The notes under the pieces were generated by a model. It did no database searches, had not been told where the DNA came from, and saw only the letters and a program-made list of their open reading frames with translations. From Methanosarcina sp. UBA402 (lineage in GTDB: Archaea; Halobacteriota; Methanosarcinia; Methanosarcinales; Methanosarcinaceae): a stretch of 36,422 nucleotides of DNA. Shown here piece by piece: positions 29,205 through 36,422 of this stretch (the first letter of the stretch is position 1; every line of letters begins with the position of its first letter). The stretch is taken from positions 1-36,422 of the forward strand of contig DADO01000018.1 in the NCBI GenBank assembly GCA_002509325.1. The letters are read 5' to 3'. The position numbers and the translations under genes were made by a program.

Positions 29205-30200
29205 TTAAACCTCCTCATATGTTACTCGAGGGTCAGCAACCGCATACAAAATATCTGCACCGAGATTTCCGATAATTACCAGGAAACTGCTGATAAGTAA
29301 TATTCCCATCATAAGTTGATGGTCTCCGCCAGCTGCAGCCAGAGTTGTAAGGTTGCCAACTCCTGGCCAGGCAAAGAGTGTCTCAACCACTACACCGCCA
29401 CCAATAATTGCTGGCATTGATAGACCAATCTGTGTGATAAGTGGGAGGAGAGAATTTCGTAATGCGTGCCGATACAAAACTGATCTTTCAGATAAGCCTT
29501 TTGCACGCGCCAGCGTAATGTACATCTGTTGCATGGCTTCAGATAGTGCCGATCTAAGATAAACGTAATATACCGTAAATTGAGCTATGGCAAGGGTGAT
29601 GACAGGCATTATCAGGTGGACAATAAAATCCTTGATTTGACCTAAAAAGCCATCCGGAGGATTGAGAGAGATCATACGTGCAGGAGGGAGTACCCCAAGC
29701 CATACCGTAAATATATAGATCATGAGAAGGGCAATGAGAAAAGAAGGTGTCGAATATAAAAGATATGCTCCTGCACCCATAGCATGGTCATAAAATGATC
29801 CTTCTCTTTTCGCTGCAGACAATGCAAGTACAATAGACATCGATACAGCAAGTGTGTAAGCAAAAAAAACAAGGATTAATGAGGCTGGAAGTCTTTGGAG
29901 AATGGCATCAAGTACTGGAAGATTTTGAGATCGTGAATACCCAAAGTCGCCCTGAATAATATGGGACAGCCAGATCTCATATCTGATATAAAAAGGCTGA
30001 TCCAGTCCAAGTTGTTGTCTTACTTCTTCAACCTTCTCAGGTCCCATCAGCTGGACAACCGTTGGACCACCAAGGTATGAAACCACTGGATCTGTAGGTG
30101 ACATAGAAAAAAGTAAGAATGCAAGAAATGTTATTCCTAAAAGGAGAAAAGGGATTTGAATAACCCTTTTTTTGATATAGAGCTTAACCGAACTGTCCAT
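29205..30200 (-). CDS. Ni/dipeptide/oligopeptide ABC permease (DppB/NikB-like)
   Basis: LGLDQP..RY, GDFGYS, YITLARAKGLSE, HALRNSLLP, VETLFAWPGVG, DILYAVADPRV. Confidence 0.93.
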   Translation of the reverse strand: MDSSVKLYIKKRVIQIPFLLLGITFLAFLLFSMSPTDPVVSYLGGPTVVQLMGPEKVEEVRQQLGLDQPFYIRYEIWLSHIIQGDFGYSRSQNLPVLDAILQRLPASLILVFFAYTLAVSMSIVLALSAAKREGSFYDHAMGAGAYLLYSTPSFLIALLMIYIFTVWLGVLPPARMISLNPPDGFLGQIKDFIVHLIMPVITLAIAQFTVYYVYLRSALSEAMQQMYITLARAKGLSERSVLYRHALRNSLLPLITQIGLSMPAIIGGGVVVETLFAWPGVGNLTTLAAAGGDHQLMMGILLISSFLVIIGNLGADILYAVADPRVTYEEV

Positions 30201-30206
30201 AGGTCT

Positions 30207-31802
30207 TCACACTCGATAAGTCCAATCTTCCGTATTCCACCATATCTCGCTGATTATTCCGCCCTGTGTTCCGGATCCATGTGGACTGTTTTTGGGCATT
30301 ATTCCCTCAATCCTTTCGTCAATGAGATAGACAGAATCTGGATAGACAAGGAACACAACAGGCTGTTCCTGAGCAATGTATTTCTGAGCCTCATAATAGT
30401 AGGCTTTTCTTGCATCCAAATCCCACTCGTATCGACCGCTCTCTAATAGTGCATCCACCTGAGGGTTTACATAGGAGAATGTGTTCCACCATCCATCATT
30501 AATGAATTTTGAGGAGAATAGTTTGTAGTTTGGAAGATCAGGATCGTTAGGTGATCCCCAGGAGAGAATATTTGCGGTGTTTCTTGCAACATTGACATCA
30601 TAATCTGCCCAGGAGGTCATGGGAACCAGATTAACATTCATATGTAATGAGTTAAGATCTGTGGCAAGGGCTATGGCAATATCCTTTCTCTCAGGCGTGG
30701 ATGCAAGGTAGTAAAGATCGAACTCAAGGACCTTTCCATCTTCCTGATATATCCAGTGGTCATCCTGGAACACAAAACCACCTTCTTTAAGGAGGTCCTT
30801 TGCATGATCAGGGTCGTAAGGGAAGGCGACTTCAGGGTTATAGGCCCAATCCTTTGAATTATATGGGCCATAGGCCACCTCCCCCCTACCATTAAAGAGA
30901 GCATCAATCATTGCCTGCTTGTTAGCTGCATATGCAATCGCTTGTCTGACCTCCAGTATATTGAATGGCCATTTCTGGTTTGGCACCGAAAGACCATACC
31001 AACAGGCAGAGGGCTGAACATACACATTATATCCGGATACAGACACAACCCGTTCTAACTTTGGACTTATTTTTGTTGCCTGTATCTCTCCTGAAGAGAG
31101 CATAGTGGTTCGCGTACTCTCCTCCGGAATGAAAATAAACCTCAGAATATCGATATCAGGTATATTTTCATAATATTCCTCATTTGCACGATAAACTATT
31201 TCTTGACGAGGAATCCAGTGATCTAAAGTATATGGACCGGTTCCAACTGGATGTAGCCAGTATCCCGTAGTATTCAAATCTTCATTCTGAAGGATATGTT
31301 TTGGCAAAATCGGCATTGCAAAGTAGGTCAGCACTGATGCAGGCATATCATTAAAGGTGAAAACAACTGTGTTTAGGTCAATAATATCTATACGATCGAT
31401 TATTTGAAGATCAGTTGTTGCAGAAGTAAATACAGCGATGTTTCTTTCATCTCGCACAGTTTCAAAGGTATATTTGACATCTTCAGCCGAGAATGGATGG
31501 CCATCATGCCATTTAACACCATTACGCATAATAAATGTAATCGTCTTGTTTTCTATATCAACGGTCCACGACTCTGCAAGATCGGGAATCGGTTTCAGGT
31601 CTTCATCAGACTTGATCAAACTTGAATAAACTTTTGGCATATCATAATAACCCCCGGTATTTTTGAGCGTTGAGGGTTCAGAGCCAACAGCAATTGTTAC
31701 AACTTTTTCCGATGTTTCTTTAGAATTTTCAACACATCCTGAAAATAATGTCAATGAAATTAATATTATCAACACAAATGGAATATTAATCCAACGTACC
31801 AT
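30207..31802 (-). CDS. Family 5 ABC substrate-binding lipoprotein (NikA/DppA/OppA-like)
   Basis: Lipobox LFSGC, PDLAESW, VKWHDG.PFSAEDVKYTF, PVGTGPY. Confidence 0.92.
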   Translation of the reverse strand: MVRWINIPFVLIILISLTLFSGCVENSKETSEKVVTIAVGSEPSTLKNTGGYYDMPKVYSSLIKSDEDLKPIPDLAESWTVDIENKTITFIMRNGVKWHDGHPFSAEDVKYTFETVRDERNIAVFTSATTDLQIIDRIDIIDLNTVVFTFNDMPASVLTYFAMPILPKHILQNEDLNTTGYWLHPVGTGPYTLDHWIPRQEIVYRANEEYYENIPDIDILRFIFIPEESTRTTMLSSGEIQATKISPKLERVVSVSGYNVYVQPSACWYGLSVPNQKWPFNILEVRQAIAYAANKQAMIDALFNGRGEVAYGPYNSKDWAYNPEVAFPYDPDHAKDLLKEGGFVFQDDHWIYQEDGKVLEFDLYYLASTPERKDIAIALATDLNSLHMNVNLVPMTSWADYDVNVARNTANILSWGSPNDPDLPNYKLFSSKFINDGWWNTFSYVNPQVDALLESGRYEWDLDARKAYYYEAQKYIAQEQPVVFLVYPDSVYLIDERIEGIMPKNSPHGSGTQGGIISEIWWNTEDWTYRV

Positions 31803-32312
31803 GAAAAATCTCCTTATATTATGTGATAATCCTTAATTTTTTTATTATTTAATGTTATCTATTTGAGATTTATTCGGTATACGCTTATTAAAATATAACT
31901 TCATCTGATTTGATAACTATCTTTTCACTTGCGGATTTTACTCTCTTGACCACTAACAATCATTCTGTTATCATAGATACAACACTTCTTTCGTCATATT
32001 TCGATATAAAATACCTATATTTCAACTTTAATATCAAAAATACACCAATCTTCTGGCTAATAATCATTTTTCTTGGATAAATATCACACAAAATTTCTAA
32101 TAATTATGATTAATTCATAAAATTATAATGAAATTATAATTAATCTTCATAGAGATTTGATAATAGTACTATACCGGTAATAAATAAAAGTTAACAAATT
32201 ATGGTTATTTTATGATATTAATGTGGAATATAATAATATAAAATAAAACCATAAGCTTTTTGTATTGTACTGAAAATATATTGATATCTAAATAGCAGTG
32301 TAGAATGTAGAA

Positions 32313-32450
32313 GTATCCTCTTCAAACTTCATACTCAGTCAAATTCTTAAGTTTTCCGCAAATATGTAAAATTTACTTTAGCAAATATGTAAAATTTACT
32401 TTAGCAAATATGTAAAATTTACTTTTATCCATATAATTTGAAGAGGACAC
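32313..32450. mobile_element. 138-bp MITE-like element
   Basis: Terminal inverted repeats GTATCCTCTTCAAA / TTTGAAGAGGACAC (13/14 match), flanked by ATGTAGAA / TTGTAGAA (7/8 direct repeat). The same end sequence recurs at 6643 and 10250. Confidence 0.6.
32358..32425. repeat. 23-bp tandem repeat x3 (GCAAATATGTAAAATTTACTTTA)
   Basis: Three essentially perfect copies, each containing the palindrome GTAAA-A-TTTAC. Confidence 0.92.
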
Positions 32451-32474
32451 TTGTAGAACAACAAAAGTGATACC

Positions 32475-33407
32475 ATGCTAGTTTTTGCAATAAAAAACCT
32501 TCAGATACTCTTTCCTGCTCCAGGTGGGGTAATACATGCTGTTGATACCGTGAATTTGGAGCTGAACGCTCATGACAAATTGGCTTTGATTGGGGAGTCT
32601 GGGTGTGGAAAAACAGTATTAGCGCATTCAATCTTAAGACTACTACATGGTACAACAAAAATATCTGGTGAAATTTTATATAGAGGGACAGATGTGCTCT
32701 CAGCCAATGATAGTACACTGCAAAAGATCCGGGGTAAAGAAATTGGTATGATTATACAGAATCCAGGGTTGTCGTTAAATCCAGTTCGAACCATAGGAAA
32801 ACAGATAGCTGAATCATGTATTGAACGGGAGAAGATGTCTTCTGTTGAAGCATTCAAATATGCAGAAGATATGCTAAAAATGGTTGGTTTCAGCAATCCA
32901 ACGAAAATTGCCTTGTCTTATCCACATCAGTTATCAGGGGGCATGGCCCAAAGGGCCGTTGTTGCACTTGGATTAACCCTGAACCCTCAGATGCTGATAG
33001 CTGATGAACCAACAAAATCACTTGATGAAATGAGTAAAAGAGAAATAATAGATTTGCTCATTGAAATGTCTAAAGATAAAACTCTTTTAATGATAACTCA
33101 TGACCTGGAGGCAGCTTCTTGTATTTCAAATCGAGTGATGGTCATGTATGCAGGCGAGTTAATAGAAGAAGGACCCACTGAAGAAATAATGAATAATCCT
33201 CGACACCCTTATACCAAGGGGTTTATGAATGCTCAACCAAAGAGGGGTCTTAAACCAATACCTGGCATTAGCCCTTCTCTCCTTAATCTACCTAAAGGAT
33301 GCCGTTTCCATCCAAGATGTAGTTATGCATTTCCTAAATGCAAAACCAATCATCCTGAGTTAATTGGCCGTAATGGACATAAGGTTAGGTGCCATGCATG
33401 TCATTAA
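32475..33407 (+). CDS. ABC ATP-binding protein (DppD/NikD-like)
   Basis: Walker A GESGCGKT, signature LSGGMAQR, LIADEPT, and C-terminal oligo-HPY domain with GCRFHPRC...C...CH. Confidence 0.94.
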   Translation: MLVFAIKNLQILFPAPGGVIHAVDTVNLELNAHDKLALIGESGCGKTVLAHSILRLLHGTTKISGEILYRGTDVLSANDSTLQKIRGKEIGMIIQNPGLSLNPVRTIGKQIAESCIEREKMSSVEAFKYAEDMLKMVGFSNPTKIALSYPHQLSGGMAQRAVVALGLTLNPQMLIADEPTKSLDEMSKREIIDLLIEMSKDKTLLMITHDLEAASCISNRVMVMYAGELIEEGPTEEIMNNPRHPYTKGFMNAQPKRGLKPIPGISPSLLNLPKGCRFHPRCSYAFPKCKTNHPELIGRNGHKVRCHACH

Positions 33408-34108
33408 TCAAAGTCAAGAACCTTTGTAAATATTATTCATCAGGAATAATAAATCAGGAATTAACAAAAGCAGTAGACGATGTCTCTTTTGAAATTAAAA
33501 GAAATGAAATTGTCGGACTTATGGGATCCAGTGGAAGTGGTAAGACGACAGTTGGCCGGCTGATCTTACGGTACATCAAACCTACATCAGGGCAGATAAT
33601 CTTTGATGGCCAAGACATTACAAAATTAAATTCAACCAATTTACGGCCTTTTCGACCACGAATGCAGATGATCTTCCAAAATCCTGAAGCGTCTATTGAC
33701 CCAAGAATGTCTATTGAAAATTTCATAGCAGAGCCTTTACGCGTAGTAAAAAAGATAGATGAAAGCGAAGTGCATGAAAGGGTATCACAATTACTGGAAG
33801 ATGTAGGTCTCACCGAAGATATTCGAAAACGAAGGGCATGTCAGGTTTCTGGTGGGCAGAACCAAAGAGCGGTAATTGCCCGTATACTGGCATCCAATCC
33901 GGAATTTATCGTTTCTGATGAAGCCACTTCGAATTTAGATGTATCCGCACAAGCTCAAATTATACAGCTACTTAAAAAGATTCACGAAGAGTATAATTTA
34001 GCCATCCTTTTTATTTCTCATGACCGAGAACTTGTAGATATAGTCTGTGATAGATGGTTTGAAATGGAGAGGGGTAAAATCAAATTACGTGCTGCTATCT
34101 CACCCTAA
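33398..34108 (+). CDS. ABC ATP-binding protein (DppF/NikE-like, short form)
   Basis: Walker A GSSGSGKT, VSGGQNQR, IVSDEAT, ISHD. Lacks the C-terminal HPY extension. Confidence 0.92.
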   Translation: MSLIKVKNLCKYYSSGIINQELTKAVDDVSFEIKRNEIVGLMGSSGSGKTTVGRLILRYIKPTSGQIIFDGQDITKLNSTNLRPFRPRMQMIFQNPEASIDPRMSIENFIAEPLRVVKKIDESEVHERVSQLLEDVGLTEDIRKRRACQVSGGQNQRAVIARILASNPEFIVSDEATSNLDVSAQAQIIQLLKKIHEEYNLAILFISHDRELVDIVCDRWFEMERGKIKLRAAISP

Positions 34109-34112
34109 ATTA

Positions 34113-34161
34113 TAAAAAAGGTAACTGCATTCGAGAAATACAACTTTCAATGCAGTTTTTT
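34113..34161. terminator. Probable bidirectional terminator between the ABC ATPase and aroA
   Basis: A-tract, AACTGCATT...AATGCAGTT, T-tract between convergent genes. Confidence 0.6.
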
Positions 34162-34204
34162 CTCCATTCATTCTTCGTTTTTATTCTCTTTTACTTCTTC
34201 GACT

Positions 34205-35497
34205 TCATTCCTCAGAAATTTTCTCGATTTTTGCTCCAAGCCCGGCCAGGTCTTTAAAGAAGTCAGGATAGGAGATGGATACAGATTCAATTGTATCAAT
34301 CGTTGTATTTCCTGCCACCAGCCCTGCAAGTGCGAGGGACATAACAATCCTATGGTCATCCCAGCCGTGGACAGCTGCTCCTTTCAGTTCTCCTCCGGTG
34401 ATGGTTAGGCTATCCTTTTCTTCTTTAAGCTGGACTCCAAGCTTTGGAAGTTCGGTTGCAAGGGCATGGAGTCGGTCCGTTTCCTTATATCGGACATGCT
34501 CGGCATTTTCAATCCTGCTCGTCCCTTCGGCAACTGCAGCCAGAACAGCAACGGTCGGGACAAGGTCAGGAGTTGCCCCTGCATCAAAGGTTATGGCTTT
34601 TAATTGTCCCCCTCCTCTGACGGTTACAATACCGGCTTCTCTATCCCATGTGATATCTGCTCCCATCTGGCTCAGAGTTTCAATAATTATCTTATCCCCC
34701 TGTTTTGAGGGAAAAAGATTTTTAACTGTAACTTCAGACCCATTGGTCATGGCTGTGGCTGCAAGCAGGTAGGATGCAGAGGAAAAGTCACCTGGAACCG
34801 TGTAATCTTTGAAATTATACTTCTGTTTTCCCGGGATTATGAACTTAGTACCGTTACTGTCATCGGTATGGACCTTAACGCCTGCCAGTTCGAGCATCTC
34901 AAGGGTTACTTCCACGTAAGGTCTTGACTTAAGTTTTCCTGTTATGGAGAGGGTGGTGTTGTTTTCGGCAAGTGGGCAGGCTATTAGAAGGGCTGAGATA
35001 AACTGGGAACTAACAGAGCCATCAATACTCACTTCCTGTCCTTTAAGCCCGCCTTTAACCACAAGCGGAGCTCTCTCGTTTCCTCGGGTGGAACAGGCTC
35101 CTGCTCCCAATTTATTGAGGACTTCAAGAAGAAGTCCGTTTGGCCGGGTACGAAGGGAGGGATCTCCGGTAAGCACTGTAATGCCATTGGTAAGGGCTGC
35201 TACTGCGGTCATGAAGCGGAGGGTTGTCCCTGAATTTGCAGCATCAATTACATCTTCCGGGATATTTGGTTTTCCATTTACTCCATGGATAATAAGCCTG
35301 TCTTCTTTCCTTTCAATCGAAGCCCCATACAGCTCGGAGGCTCTGATCGTAGCAAGAGTATCGGCTGAAATCAGGGGTCGCCTGACGATTGATTCTTTTG
35401 AGAGAGCTGCCAGGGTTATGGCCCTGTGAGTATAACTCTTCGAAGGTGGGGCAAAGACTTCCCCTTTGATTGAGGATCTATCGATAGAAATACGCAT
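34205..35497 (-). CDS. aroA: 3-phosphoshikimate 1-carboxyvinyltransferase (EPSP synthase)
   Basis: PPSKSYTHRA, NSGTTLRF, SSQFISALL, GDFSSASY, RYKETDR, DDHRIVM. Confidence 0.97.
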   Translation of the reverse strand: MRISIDRSSIKGEVFAPPSKSYTHRAITLAALSKESIVRRPLISADTLATIRASELYGASIERKEDRLIIHGVNGKPNIPEDVIDAANSGTTLRFMTAVAALTNGITVLTGDPSLRTRPNGLLLEVLNKLGAGACSTRGNERAPLVVKGGLKGQEVSIDGSVSSQFISALLIACPLAENNTTLSITGKLKSRPYVEVTLEMLELAGVKVHTDDSNGTKFIIPGKQKYNFKDYTVPGDFSSASYLLAATAMTNGSEVTVKNLFPSKQGDKIIIETLSQMGADITWDREAGIVTVRGGGQLKAITFDAGATPDLVPTVAVLAAVAEGTSRIENAEHVRYKETDRLHALATELPKLGVQLKEEKDSLTITGGELKGAAVHGWDDHRIVMSLALAGLVAGNTTIDTIESVSISYPDFFKDLAGLGAKIEKISEE

Positions 35498-35574
35498 ATG
35501 TACCAGATCTCTTCAATTTTTTGTTTAGATTTTTCATGAGATTCAGGCGCTTTCTTTTAGTCTTCTAATTAGAT

Positions 35575-35624
35575 AATATTTGAGAATTTTTGAGAGTGTT
35601 TGAGTATATTTGAGAATGTTTGAC
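35575..35624. repeat. 10-bp degenerate tandem repeat x5 (units ending TTTGAG)
   Basis: AATATTTGAG AATTTTTGAG AGTGTTTGAG TATATTTGAG AATGTTTGAC. Confidence 0.75.
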
Positions 35625-35675
35625 TGTTGCTACTAACTTGAACAAGGTCAAAACGTTTTAAATATAATTGAAAAC

Positions 35676-36329
35676 TCAATTCACTCCTTTTATGATATTT
35701 TCTACCTGATCCCAATCGTGGTCATAGATATGAGCTGAGACACTAATAGTTGTGATCGTTCCAGGTTCTGTTCCTATCCTGTCAGCTACATACTCAAGGA
35801 GTCTCGAAAGCCCATACAGGTTTGCCGGATAAGCTCCCCCAAAATCATGGCTTCTGAAAAGTGTAGTAAGATGTACCTTTCCATCTCTTATCTTGAAGTC
35901 GTCGAGCATCATGCAGGGAACTTCATTAACTTTTGTATCCACTGGAGGGATCCAGGTAATCGCTATTGCTCGCCTGGAGGTCGGATTTTCCTGCAGCTTT
36001 TCAATCACATACTCTATCTGATCCACCTTTCCATCCCAGTTTCGAAGGCGCTGCCCGTACGTATACTCAAAGTCCTGTATATTTTCTCCCGAGATCAGCT
36101 GTTTTGCATATTCTTCAAGCCTTTCTTCATTCCAGGCTGTGTCATATGGAATTCTGTCAGTATAGGGATCTTCAATTACCACCATCAAATCCATAAATTC
36201 CCTGATCTGGCTTCCTCTTTCATCCGTAATAACCTGCCCGTGATTCCAGATGATATTAAGCCCTCGGTACCATGCATCAGAGATACTTTTTGCCCTGACA
36301 ATCCTTCCAATCTCAAATCTATCTTCCAT
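35676..36329 (-). CDS. thyA: Archaeal thymidylate synthase
   Basis: YTYGQRLR, SRRA, catalytic VPCM, FRSHD, PANLYGL, SAHIY. Confidence 0.93.
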   Translation of the reverse strand: MEDRFEIGRIVRAKSISDAWYRGLNIIWNHGQVITDERGSQIREFMDLMVVIEDPYTDRIPYDTAWNEERLEEYAKQLISGENIQDFEYTYGQRLRNWDGKVDQIEYVIEKLQENPTSRRAIAITWIPPVDTKVNEVPCMMLDDFKIRDGKVHLTTLFRSHDFGGAYPANLYGLSRLLEYVADRIGTEPGTITTISVSAHIYDHDWDQVENIIKGVN

Positions 36330-36422
36330 TCAAAAACTCCCCTACAAAATCAGGATGAGATATGAACAATTAATAATGGTTCAATTCCACGATTCAATAT
36401 CATAATTCAACATCATCATAAT

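Noticed and set aside
34275-36365. Plus-strand ORFs over aroA and thyA (similarly 21027-21563 over mmp10)
   Set aside because: Antisense shadows of confidently identified genes.
1-36422. Pyrrolysine-containing long ORFs, tRNA/rRNA genes, transposases or defence systems
   Set aside because: None recognised; both TAG stops are followed by TAA two codons later.

Overview
Archaeal chromosomal window from a Methanosarcina-type methanogen, judged from the McrA/McrB sequences, the gene order and the mcrB promoter. In order it carries: a Zn-ribbon (DUF2072/OapC-like) gene; a heat-shock operon (HSR1-like ArsR regulator, cdc48, two hsp20) with a CTAAC-N5-GTTAG operator; four tandem 370-aa DUF1646 membrane transporter paralogs; form III RuBisCO, sua5, a small membrane protein and the PolD large subunit; mmp10 divergent from mcrBDCGA; a divergently split Ni/peptide-type ABC transporter containing a MITE-like element; then aroA and thyA. 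The main leads are (i) the mosaic DUF1646 array, with covarying 5' leader hairpins and conserved 3' stem-loops, and (ii) the ABC island, which sits where the MCR cysteine methyltransferase mcmA lies in M. acetivorans. No rRNA, tRNA, CRISPR array or intact transposase was seen. All family assignments come from motif recognition by eye, not database searches.
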